Source: Antedon mediterranea (Eukaryota; Animalia; Echinodermata). Taken from it: a stretch of 64,000 nt of DNA. Numbering within the stretch: position 1 is the stretch's first letter; the number at the start of each line of letters is the position of its first letter. A model generated the notes under the pieces. That model saw only the letters and a list, made by a program, of their open reading frames with translations, searched no databases and was not told where the DNA came from. Shown piece after piece: positions 41,401 through 52,940 of the stretch. The stretch is from the NCBI RefSeq assembly GCF_964355755.1, contig NC_092670.1:30430388-30494387 (forward strand). The letters run 5' to 3'. The position numbers and the translations under genes were made by a program.

Positions 41401-44400
41401 TTCTATGGAAAATGCAGTTAAAGTAATCTATAAACGAGGACATCTTCTCAGGAAAACAAGTGGTTCTGGGACAATGGCTGCAGTTCTTCATGACGTAGAT
41501 GTTGTCAAAAGTAAGCTGGAGTCTACTCCCAGATGTATAGACGTGGCAGCTGTAAACAGCCCTACGCAAATTGTATTGTCAGGTAAAGCAGAGTTAATCA
41601 ATGAATTTGCATCACAGCTGAATGAAGATGGTATTTTGACAAAATTACTAAGGGTTAATAATGCTTTTCACAGTCGTCACCAGGAAGGTATAAAGGAAGA
41701 ATTTCTGAAGAAGACACGTTTTCTAAAGAAGAAAACGTTTTCCACTAACCATAGACCAGTTATTCCAATGATGTCAACTGTAACTAACCGATACGTTACT
41801 CTACAAGAGGCTAATGATCCTGCTTACTGGTGGAGTAATATTCGCCAGAAAGTGCGTTTTAGAGACGCCGTAGATGCCATACTAAAGGACGGTTACAATA
41901 GCTTTTTAGAAATAGGAGCTCATCCAGCCCTGTCACCAGCAATTAAAGACATTGTAGCCTCGAAATTGAGCACCCCAATGGTTCACTTTATCACTCATTC
42001 TCTTAAACGACCACGTGATGTAAATAACTCTTCCAATGATAATCTCAACTTTAATTTGTCATTGGCCCAGATGTTTGTACGGGGCTATCCGATTGATATG
42101 ACACCAAGCTTTCTAGGATCTAAGTGTGAGGTAGAATCCTTGCCATTGTATCCATGGCAACGTACCGAGTGTTCAGCAGCAACCTCTTCAAGGAATGAGA
42201 TCATGCGGTATCCAAACTCTTTCCATCCTCTTTTAGGAAAACCAGACACTTCAGCTAACTTCTCTTTAAACGAAGGCTTTCAGGTTTGGAAAGGAACTAT
42301 TGGAACCCATGAGGAACCATGGATTGCCGATCACGTGGTTCAAGGTAGTGTAGTGTTTCCGGCTGCTGGGTTTATAGAAACAGCAATAGCGGCGCATCAG
42401 AGAGTTTTTTCCGATTCACTTCAAGTAATTATTAAAGATATGCGTTTCGACCGTTTTATGTTTGTTTCTGATGAAGGGACAACCGTTGAAACAACAACCG
42501 AATTGGAAACTGAAGGCACAGCAACATTCAGATTTTGCTCACTCAATACAATAGAAAATAAATGGACAAGGCACACAACGATGACATTGATTAACACGCA
42601 TGTTGTGTCTGGTCATGATATATGTCTAACTAATATGACGTACCTTCCTGTAAGCGAAATAAGAAATAGATGTCATGAAGAACTCGATCAAACTGGTTTT
42701 TATGCCTTCAAAAAGCAAGTCGGTTTTAATCTTGGTGAAAGTTTCATGTGTATCGAGATGGTAAACTACAACAAACTGGCCGACGAGGCACTTTTCTATA
42801 TCAGAGCACCGGATACTGTTGCTGCACAGTCAAGTCGATTCTATATCCATCCAGCTTTACTAGATGGTATCCTGCAAGCTATGGCAGGCCTTGAACGTCT
42901 ACAAAATACAATTATAAATCCCACAGCAAAGCCCGAAGGTCGTGTTCCCAGATCTATTGAAAGGAGTTGCTTTAAAAAAGGCATATTCCCAGAAAGTGTA
43001 TATCTTCATTTTAAATTAATGAGCGACGGCGGAGCAGACGTTTATGCTGATGTTTCTGTTGCTATTGCAGACACCTTGGAGGTCATTGCTATGTTTTCAA
43101 AAATCCGTTTTGGATCAGTGGCTGGTCGTAGTGAAGACAGCAATATTAAAATATGGAATAAGGAATGGGTGCCTATCGACATGGGCATGAAATCATTCGA
43201 TCCAACGGGTTATACCTTAATAACAGGAAATGACAAGGAGTTGTCATTGCATCTCCAGAACCACTTGACTTCGGCTGGACTTGAGTGTGGTATCTACAAT
43301 GGAGGTGATGTTCAAGAAGAGCAATTATCTATGGGTGGTAATAAACCATTGTTACATATTATAATCACAATTAAACCGGGTGACAAGAGAAACCATGACA
43401 AACTTTCCAGGAAAAACTTTTTGGAACTGCAATCTAGCATTGCAGAAATGTGTATCAATCACTATAAAGCTTTATCAACCCAGAAAAACATAGATCCGAA
43501 AATATGGCTGATTACACGAGATGGGTTTTATGTCACACACGATGACGTAGTTGATCCATGCCAGGCTTCAGCCTATGGTTTTGGTATTTGTGCGGTACAA
43601 GAAAATCTTGATTTCAAGCTCTCTATTTTAGATATTCCATCAGGAATTATCAATATTACAACGGCGGATTGGTTATTGAAATACATCTGGGGCAGTGACA
43701 ATGATGAGATAATCATTGCATTACGTAAGAACGAGTCATCGCCAACAACGGATTTCAACGTGTATGTGTATCGGTTGTGTATACGTGATAGTTATCACTT
43801 TCCCTGTAAACAGTCATCATCTAAGTGGAAATTTAACGTTCGACAAAGTTTTGAAACTGGGAGATTGTTGCTGACAAAGTTCATTTCTGATAAGGAAGAA
43901 ACCAACTCTGTCACATTGACAATTGTTAATATTGAATCTTTCCAACTGCTTTCATCTGAAACTCAAGGTTCTTCTAAAGAGGTAAAGCCGATTGTACTGT
44001 TTTGTGGAAATTCAGAAAAGTCCTCGTTGGTGATTGGTGTTTGTTCTTCAAACGAAATGAAGTCTACAATACAGTGCAGCAACAATGAACTGTTAGAACT
44101 AGAGACAAACCTTCCACCTACACATGTAATTGATATTGTCTCGTCATACACTGTTCCATTTCTTACTGTTCGTGATCTGAAACCAGATGGTGCGACGCTT
44201 GTTTGCATAGATTCTACTGAGGATAAACAGTGCTTAGCTGTTGCACACGTGGCTGAAAAAATGGGTCACAATGTTTTGATTGTCATCAAACATTTTCCCG
44301 AGAAGCATAGCTTGGCTTCAGATGCTTTTCCGAGATTCATTGAAAGTACAGACGTAATGTCTGTCTTGAATGGACACAGTGTGGGCTGTGTGATAGGATA

Positions 44401-46714
44401 TATACAGTGCATAAGAGAATTAATCAAGGTTAATGAAGGATTAAAGGACAGATTGACAACGTTTGCAAAAGTTGAAATACTGAAGTCTAAGGAAGACATT
44501 CCAGTTACTGATAACCTTGGCCTCTCTAGAAACGTAAGGGTTGTGGTCAATAGCTACACATTACCATTGCTTTGTCAGTTTCACAAGATGAAGCCTACTT
44601 TCAACTCGTTATTGAATCTGTTTAAGGAACCGCCATCAGCACAGAAATATATAAAGAGTCCACATATCAAGCTACTTAAGGAAGTAAACACCAGAGATAA
44701 GTATGCATTTGATGATGTTATATTTTCAGTTGAAAACCACGAATCCGTTCGTGTAAATTATGACTTTTCGGGAAGAGAGACTAGATTAAGCATGCGCAAT
44801 TATTATATTGTAACTGGTGGTACGACTGGATTCGGACTCCGTCTTGTTGAATGGCTAGTGGATAATGGAGCTGGACACATTGCCATCTTAAGTCGATCTG
44901 TGCCAAGTTTTGAATCGGAGAAAATATTAAGAAGTCTTACAAATCGAGGAATAGAAATAGTGCACATTAGAACAGACATTACAAACAGATCGGATATAGA
45001 AAACGCATTTGCTACAGTTTTAAAAGATCGGTCTAAAACTTTAAGAGGAATATTCCACTGTGCTGCGCAGTATGATGATAGGCTAATAGAGAGTATCGAA
45101 CCAGATAGCTGGAAGAGAGTAATTGCAACCAAATCATGGGGTGCTCTTCTACTACATCAAACGTCAATTAAGTTTAATGTTCAACTGGAATACTTTGTAA
45201 TGATTTCTTCTGTAGTTCAGTTGGTAGGAAACACAGGTCAGGCAAGTTATTGTGCTGCTAATACATATCTTTCATCTCTTGGTCATTATCGTAGAAACCA
45301 AGGTTTACCTGCAACAGTCATCTGTCCGGGAGTGATTGGAGACACTGGATTTGCAGCAAGAGTGTCGGGCATTATAGAGTTTTGGGAAAGAAGAGGAATT
45401 GAAAGCGTGACATCACAGCAGGTATTGAATTTACTTGATGTATTGCTTAGTAGCAATACCTCTGACATGGGGGTAACTGGAAATCTTCGAATTAATGATG
45501 TTATTATGGAATACCGAGGTATTCTAAAACATCACGACTATGAAGCAAGTTCAATGATGCTAGGATTTTCTTCTACAAGATCCCTGGGTCAAAACGAGAA
45601 TGCATGTGACATTATGCATTTAAAACCAGATGAAGCTAAACTTTATATTTTCCAGCAATTGTGTAGTTTCATCTCCAAACGTATTGGCTTAACTGGTGAC
45701 ATTTCTCCAAACTCCGCACCGTCTTCACTCGGAGTAGATTCATTGACTGCAACTGAATTGAGCGGAGACATCCAAAGAACTTTTTTTGTTCCATTCCCAT
45801 CTATGGAATTGATTAATGCAAACGCGACAATGCAAAGTTTGTCTATTTTAATCTATAGAAAAATATTAGACAAGAATGAGGTTAGAGGTCAACAAAACAG
45901 CGAAGAGGAAATTGAGGAAGACACGTCTTGGAAGGCATGGTATATAATGGATGAGATGACTATGTCTCCTATTATCCAGCTAATTTGTTTCCCGCCAAAT
46001 GGCGGAGGTCCGTCTGTATATGCATGGTGGCAGGAAAAACTGAGTAAGAATAATGTGCAGTTAATCATGGCACAATTACCCGGATGGGAAGGACGTCATA
46101 ATGAGAAACCTCTTCAAAATCTTGAAGAAATTGTGAGTAAATTAACGGAGAACCTAGCACCACGACTTTTGCCAGGCAGGTTTATATTGTTTGGTCATAG
46201 TATTGGTGGACTCATCGCATTTGAGGTTGCTCACCTTCTAAAAACTATGGGTTTACAGCCGGCTCATATGATCATTAGTTCTTGGTATGCACCCACGCTG
46301 GACTATCCTAACTCAATAGAGCTTTCAAAAGGGCCAGTTATATTAAAACAAATTGAACAAGATATCAACAACAACATCCCAGTAACCAACAAATCTCCAA
46401 CGCTTTCTTTTGTTGATGATGACGTGTTGGGAAATCCTGATGTGATGAGACGCCTTATCCCTTGCTTCAATGCTGGCTTTAAAATCTGTCAAAAGTACAA
46501 TTACACACACAGTACAAAACTTCAATGCGGTATGACTGTGTTTGGAGCCAAGTCGGATCGGTTTATTCCTCCCAACTCATTAGATGCATGGTGTCATGAA
46601 ATTGATGAAAATCATCATTTCAAAAAAATAATGGTACCAGGAGGTCACATGCACATTAGAAAGAGAGCATTTTTCAGAGATATTCAAAAAGCTCTTAAAG
46701 ATACATTCCAGTAA
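32119..46714 (+). CDS. Type I iterative polyketide synthase (animal PKS), KS-AT-DH-psiER-KR-ACP-TE; join(32119..32425,38761..40217,40327..40423,41268..46714), about 2435 aa
   Basis: Exons join in phase at GT-AG sites (total 7308 nt, divisible by 3), reading FFRMSP-S-EAEHMDPQ, QKTMQ-RIDSY and SKDT-E-MSQVC. KS motifs DTACSSS (Cys 39033), EAHGTGT, KSNVGHAEGAAG. AT motifs FSGMGTQW, GHSVG, NAFHS. DH motifs HPLLG, DHVVQGSVVFP, HPALLDGILQ. KR motifs VTGGTTGFG, AAQYDD, GQASYCAAN. ACP LGVDSL. TE GHSIG...PGGH. Confidence 0.93.
33170..33300 (+). mobile_element. Small L2-like LINE 3' fragment in the PKS intron
   Basis: GDRAFS...RLWNTLPISIR motif typical of L2/CR1 ORF2 C-termini. Confidence 0.45.
34630..35092. 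mobile_element. MITE with imperfect TIRs
   Basis: GGGTCGTTTGGCAACGCTACGAATACG ... CGTATTCGTAAGGTTGCGAAACATCC. Confidence 0.55.
35521..35849. mobile_element. MITE with imperfect TIRs
   Basis: GCCCGTTTTCTTAAAC...AGTCGTAGTT versus AACTACGACT...GTTTAAGAATTCGGGC. Confidence 0.55.
36160..36965. repeat. Three tandem copies of an approximately 268-bp unit in the long PKS intron
   Basis: Units begin AATTTATCTGTAATCACTACAA at about 36160, 36431 and 36698 and are nearly identical. Confidence 0.9.
36885..37960 (-). mobile_element. LINE 3' fragment (C-terminus and 3' UTR)
   Basis: Degraded LINE C-terminus-like coding near 37460-37900; 36885-37440 is near identical to 40532-41090. Confidence 0.5.
38761..40217 (+). 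CDS. PKS coding exon 2 (KS core, KS-AT linker, AT start)
   Basis: Acceptor TGTGTAG|G at 38760 and donor CAG|GTAATT at 40218. Contains the Cys-His-His KS triad and VFVFSGMGTQWWGM. Confidence 0.92.
40327..40423 (+). CDS. PKS coding exon 3 (97-nt AT exon, not resolved by the ORF track)
   Basis: Acceptor TTTTTTTTAATAATAG|AGA and donor ACAG|GTTTAC. Encodes RIDSYLGKIGGRWSLIQILTEETDKNRISKDT, matching the usual AT 'D....G.WSL...L' segment. Phases 0/1 match both neighbouring exons. Confidence 0.82.
40532..41090 (-). mobile_element. 5'-truncated retroposed insertion with 13-bp target-site duplication in a PKS intron
   Basis: TATTACAAATATT at 40519-40531 and 41091-41103 flanks about 560 bp that match 36885-37440. 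Confidence 0.75.
41268..46714 (+). CDS. PKS coding exon 4 (AT-DH-psiER-KR-ACP-TE, 5.4 kb)
   Basis: Acceptor TTGTCTTCAACAG|AA, an uninterrupted ORF of about 1815 codons to TAA 46712-46714, and AATAAA at 46724-46729. Confidence 0.93.
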
Positions 46715-46961
46715 CCAACAACAAATAAAAGGCTTTCGTTTGTTTATTTCATAGAATTTTAGAATATAAACTTTCTTATCATTGTAAACATTTTACTTAT
46801 TTTAACTAAAGGCAGATTGCACACCTACAAAAATGCCCAAATATGCCCGTTTCCATTTCTGATAATCATCTAACCAATATCAATTTCTTTAAATAGTGTA
46901 AAATTTAATTTTTTTATTTATTGACGTTATTAAACAATCATGACTCAATTATATTGTATAT

Positions 46962-47410
46962 AAAGACAAGATTTATTTTAAAAGGTTGACTTATTACCCG
47001 ACATTACGTAATTTAGTTAAGTTATTTAGACTCGGCATTATGGAAATTCTTATTTGTAAAGAACTTCCAATGAATATTTTGATTGTCTTTTTCTTCCTTT
47101 TAAAAATCTTGGTTTGAGTATTGTTTATTAGTAATATTCTTATGTTTGAATTGTTTATTGTTTTTATTTAAAGACAAGTTATACATGCAAGGCAAGACAA
47201 GATTTATTTTAAAAGGTTGACTTATTACCCGGCATTACGTAATTTAATTATGTTATTTAGATTCGGCATTAAGGAAATTCTTATATGTAAAGAACTTCCA
47301 ATTAATATTTTGATTGTCTTTTTTTTCCTTTTAAAAATCTTGGGTTGAGTATTGTTTGTTCTAATTAGTTTATTAATATTCTTCGGTTTGATATGTTTAT
47401 TGTTTTAATT
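46962..47410. repeat. Tandem duplication of about 230 bp downstream of the PKS
   Basis: AAGACAAGATTTATTTTAAAAGGTTGACTTATTACCCG at about 46962 and 47194. Confidence 0.8.
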
Positions 47411-48587
47411 CTTTGTTTGTTTTACAGTACCTTGTAAAAAGGGTGATATATATCGTTGGGTGATATAGGTAATTCTATTCATCATTTGCATATAATCGCT
47501 GGATAATTCGACCGATCAGCACACATTAATGTATATATGCTGTGCTATTTTTTTGTGGCAATGTGTCATGTCTATTTCTAGACGCATCCAGACTTATGTT
47601 GTTCATTGACCTATGACCCGATGTTGCAGGTTAACATTTAAACTTGTTTGGAATCAGGGAAATGACCGAGTTATGACGTAGGCTTTCCTCTGTTTTTTTA
47701 CCACCAGTTGACCTGATGATAGCGACTAGGACTAAACGTGAAATATTGCCAAAAGCAATTGGTTTGATTTATCTGATATATTTACTGTTGTTCCGTTTGC
47801 TAGATAAACATACAATGTAAACATCAATTTGCTATGCACGTAGAATATAATATGCAAAAATATTGTATTCAAGTACAGTAGGCTTATCTAAATATGTTCC
47901 CCCAACAATTTACTACGTTCTATTTTGATTTCAATGTCTAACCACTGTATTTACTAATTAAAATGTAGTACTAATAATGTGGTATACCAAAATTAAGGAC
48001 ATAACGTCAGTAAACACAGAATATGCGGTTCTATTATAACATTGGTTGCCAAATGGGCCCCATTTTTTACCCATATGGATCGTTGTTGCATACAATACTT
48101 AAATCCCATATGGATAACCAATATGGTACCCATAAATGTTCCCATCGACGATATACAAAATACCGATATTTTACTCTCAGTTATTATACCATATATATGT
48201 ATGTATACTCAGTCTTATACCATAATAAGTACACAGGTGCGACTTATACACCGAAATATACGGTACACTAAATTCTAAAATATTTAATTAGGCCTGCTAA
48301 CAACGACCTAATGCTAGGCCTACTGTGTAGTAGGCCTAGCCTAGGCTTGTTTAGTCACGGGGCCTAACGCGCCAAAAACAGAATTAAAGTGTGAAACAAA
48401 TTATGAATAGATGTTTGAGCTCGTTGTTTTATTCAGTTTGTTTTGTTACTCTCAAATTCGCGTACAATTAACAGAGAAATTAACATTAAAAAAAAAAAAA
48501 AAACTTGTTTCCACCCGCCCCAACAACCAAAAAATTTACAGCAAACAAACAATTTTTTTTCTTAGGCCCTATAATATAATCAGAAAT

Positions 48588-50130
48588 TAGAAGAAATGGT
48601 CGCGCTTTGCGGAATTTTTGACCCACGAGGTAGCTAGAAGTATGACGTATGTGATGACGAAATAGAATCGCTCAATAACATCGCACTCAAAACGTTCCTC
48701 TGTGGTGTGACACGCGACGGGTCGTGTCGGTGTGGGGTGTCACGAAACCTCAGACCACGAAAGCTCAGACCCCCTAAGACCTAAGATCACGAAAGCTAAG
48801 ACCCAACACCTAAGATTACAAATATTTATTTTTCGCACCTGCCTTGTATTTTAACTCCTAACATTTATTCTGAATACCACACCTTAGAATTGGCACTTTC
48901 ATGAAAAAGAATCACATAAAAAGTAACAAATACATTTTTAAATTGATGATTTTACAGACGTTTTTCTCGCACACAAAATGACTAGCCTACAGTACAGTAG
49001 GCCTACCCCATGGGCCATGTTCAATGTTTTTGTTTCTATGGAACGTCAAAAGAGCAAAAATTATATAGAGGGCTGAAAACTCTGTGGAGTCCATCTACAG
49101 TGTGGATGGAACAATGTAAAATTAAAATTGTAATGATAATAGTATAATCATGCAAGTACGAAGAAATAAATACTGGCAAATAAATTTTAATTAAAAAATC
49201 ATGATAAGTTTTTTTGTTTCGTTTTCTTTCTGTTTTTATATTTGTACTATTATTGTTGCTCTTTTGGCGCTCCATAGAAACAAAAACATTGAGCATGGGA
49301 GCTCGAGGAGTTACATTACAGTATACAAAGAAACACATCTGTAAAATCATCAATTTAAAGGATTTATTTATTTGTTATTATGTGTTTCTCCTTCTGAAAG
49401 TACTTATAAGTCCTAATTTTAAAGTGTGGTGTTCAGGATAAAGTTAGTCAACAAATTTGGAGTCAAAATACAAGAAAGGCAGGTGCGTAAGAAAAACATC
49501 CTCTGAACCAACACAATGGAGTAAATATATACCAACAAACAACCCGTCAAGTTTGTTTGTTTTAAAGAAAAAATATACATTTACTCAACGGGCGAAAATA
49601 ATGTGAGTTTATCTATGTTTTGCGGTAGTATTAAATTATATTTATGGTAATAAATGAAACCTACTGTGTTTAAAATTATGTATGGATAAACAAGTATTGT
49701 TTTTAAGCTGTAGTATATCTTAGTATTTGTAATCTTAGGTGTTGGGTCTTAGCTTTCGTGATCTTAGGTCTTAGGGGATCTGAGCTTTCGTGGTCTGAGG
49801 TTTCGTGACACCCTGTCGGTGTGTGGTGGTGATTCTGCAGCCTATTGATATGCCTACTAGGAAACCTATGCCTAGCCTTTTGGCCGCCGTTTATGAACGC
49901 CTACATTCATGAACTTTTATAATTTACTCACCATCGTCTTTGAGTACAAGGGTTATAGGCCGGAGGATTACTATAAACACCATAGTCTTTATTCACCGAA
50001 AATCACCGCGATCGTATTAAAAAGTGTTTAGTGCGATATGGTTGAATGATTCAAGAGCATCATACGTCATGTTTCTAGCTACTCTTTCCGGTCAATAGAC
50101 AAGTCTGGCAAAGCGGGAACATTTCTAGTA
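48588..50130. mobile_element. Older TIR element hosting the MULE
   Basis: AGAAATGGTCGCGCTTTGC...GTAGCTAGAAGTATGACGTATG is inverted relative to CATACGTCATGTTTCTAGCTAC...GCAAAGCGGGAACATTTCT. Confidence 0.5.
48735..49813. mobile_element. Non-autonomous Mutator-like (MULE) element with TIRs of about 90 bp and a 10-bp TSD
   Basis: TIR GGGTGTCACGAAACCTCAGACCACGAAAGCTCAG... is mirrored at 49723-49813. TSD TGTCGGTGTG at 48725-48734 and 49814-49823. Confidence 0.8.
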
Positions 50131-50823
50131 AACACAGTTGTGAAATAAATCGTAAAAAATATAAATGTTGAATTTATTTTTTGTTTCTTTTGCCTATCTG
50201 GATAATGATGTGTTTCTTCAAAATACCAGACTAAACATTTTGGCAAATTGAAGCCGAATACATGTCAAATTAGCAATTGAAGTGACGGTACCTATCTCTT
50301 GTATGTTAACAGTAAAAACTAATGAGGTAGATTTTGCCATGCACTTGTGATGTAACAGCAATTTACGGCAACTGATGTACGGCGAGTGCGCGCGACATTA
50401 TCGTAAATCTCGCGATTGTTCTGAATTCGTTGTTCAAATATGGTTCTCGGTCTAGTTGTCCTTTAAAGAGGCCGGTTTATACTAAGAAAATAACGACAGC
50501 CGATAAAATGATGAATATACATTTTCCTACAGAAAGTAACAGAAATATAGAAAAAAAAATTGTACAAGCTACCAATTTATACTGTATATTGTAATAGTAT
50601 GTTCACATAATATGCCAATAAATCAGTACAATAAAACCAGGTTAAAGTGATTCTGAAGATCGTTTACAAAGAAAAATATTGACAATTCAACATCAACAGT
50701 AAAACAGGCTTTACGACTACTAATGTGTTCGTTAATAACAAAGTGGTGTCGTTTCGCAAATACTCTTCTTTGGAAGCTACAGTATCACAATTAATTTGAG
50801 GATACTTGCTAAGATGTTGCTCC

Positions 50824-52405
50824 TGATTTGATTTGATTTGAATTTATTCGGAAGTACACAAATATACATAACAATTGGTAAACAAGAACAATTAAAACAT
50901 ACGGTAGTCTTCCATGGATAACCCAAAAAGCCGGTAAATATCATTCCAGCTTATTTCCATTGGGGTCCATTATATACATACATACAAACAATAAAATATT
51001 AAACCAGTAAAACAATAAAACATAGCATATAAAAGCATACTGTATAAAATTGATTATTAAAATAATATTACAAGTCATTCTTTAAAGTCTTACAGTAAGT
51101 TAAAATACATCTGTCATTTATTCATTCATGAGACGTTGCTAAATACTCCTTTACTTTAAATTTAAAATCTGTCTTGTTAAAAATGGTTTTTAAAATGTGT
51201 GGTAATAGGTTCCATTGTTGTGCTGCTGTGTAGAAGAATGTGTCTTTAATATATGTGTCTGATTTAGACAGCTAGAATGTATGAGAGCTTCTTCTTGTGA
51301 TATTTTGGATGGTGGATGTCTTGGAGAAGTATGTGTACATGTATGGAATGGCTTGGTTGTTGAATATTTTGTGAACATGGTTTAGTTTTAATTGTTTAAC
51401 CCGACTTTCAATATTAAGTTGACCAATAGATTTAAGTTCTTCCTTACCAATATGGGACCTGTTATCCCAGTTACAAATAAATCTGGCAACTTTATTTTGG
51501 CCAACTTGAAGTTTTCTCTTAAAGATAACAACTTTGTCGATACAAATATTTAAGTCGTGCATAAATTGTTGCAAGTCCGTTTTCTACCATGGTTTCACCA
51601 CGAAGATCTTCATCCATATAACATCCTAAGTATTTAACAGATTGCTTCCGTGATAGTTCTTTACCATTACAATATACTTTAAATTCTTCAACATTTTAAA
51701 CTTTTTTCTTTGGGCCAAAAAGAATAGCCTCAGTTTTATCAACGTGTAGTGAAAGTTCATTATTGATTAACCAAGTGTGACATGAATCAAGGTTGGTACT
51801 TAAAGAATTTGCAATATTTTCCAGGCTTTTGCCAGAAACTAATAATGCGGTATCATCTGCATATAAGATAGTTTTACAGTTCGTACTAATAGAGATATCA
51901 TTTATATAGCATGTTAAAAGCAACGGACCGAGTATGCTTCCTCGTGGAACACCGGTATTTATTAAACAATATTTTGATTGAACATCATTCGAACAAACTA
52001 CTTGTTTACGGTCAGTAAAGTATGACTTAAACCACTTTAAAGAATTAGGAAAAACGCCCATTACACTAAGTTTATCAAGAAGTATTGAATGCTTTACGGT
52101 ATCAAATGCCTTTCTTAAGTCTAATAATACCATTCCTGTGTAATTACCTTTTGATGATTCATATCGAATGTAGTCGTGAATATAAATTAAACATGTTTCT
52201 GTAGAGTAATTTCCTCTAAATCCAAATTGAAAATCATCCACCAGCTTGGCTTTATTTAAATAAACAGTAAACTGCTTGTGGACTACCTTTTCCAACAGGA
52301 AGAACACTTATGGGTCTATAGTTACTTGCATCACTTTTGAAGCCTTTCTTATATAGTGGAGTAATCTTAGCGTACTTAAATTCATCTGGGAATATATTGC
52401 ATGCA
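50824..52405 (-). mobile_element. 5'-truncated CR1/L2-clade LINE (RT) with microsatellite tail
   Basis: FQFGFR, LDLRKAFDTV, GVPRGSILGPLL, LYADD, KYLG and LQVGQNKVARFI; the 3' end reads AATAAATT(CAAAT)n at 50824-50850. Confidence 0.85.
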
Positions 52406-52940
52406 TATGTATACTAACTCCTTATTTCAAATCCACGCGTACAACACAAATGAGGGTGACATACTCGTGGTGTTGAGAGGAATACATTATTAGTGACGTC
52501 ACACAGATTGGAACGGTCGATTTTTGCACTCGTCTCAAAATTACCACTAACACCAAGAATAGAGTGGAGCTTATTGACTTCTACAGTGTTAGACGTATTA
52601 TGACTGTAATGTTCGGAAACAACAAACTACTAAAACAGCTCTTTAACAGTAAACTTTTAATTGAATCATTCGACCGTATAAAGGTATAACTAACCAACAA
52701 TGTGTTATGTGTCACGTGACAGCTAGCGCTGTACTACAAAGGCGTTTTCAGAACATTCCTCCTTTTTTAGATTTGATATATTGGTTATAATATAAATTCT
52801 GTTAAAATGAGCAATATTTCAAACATGGTTATAATAAAAGTTATTTGCGACACATCAATTATCAATATCATTGGCTACTTTGTAGTCATAATTATTAGTA
52901 TCATAAATCTGTGATGATCATCAAAACAACTGTTCATTAA

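Noticed and set aside
43573-46525. Short antisense ORFs within the PKS (and similar ones within PTCHD3 and the LINEs)
   Set aside because: Shadow ORFs on the opposite strand of real coding sequence, with no recognisable motifs.
32119-46714. Bacterial or symbiont contaminant PKS, or three separate PKS genes
   Set aside because: Phase-compatible spliceosomal introns filled with animal transposons join the ORFs into one gene.
32119-46714. Housekeeping fatty acid synthase (FASN)
   Set aside because: No ER NADPH motif, no pseudo-methyltransferase region, a TEII-like terminus, a PKS-type KS (MDPQ, HGTGT, GHAEGAAG) and few introns.
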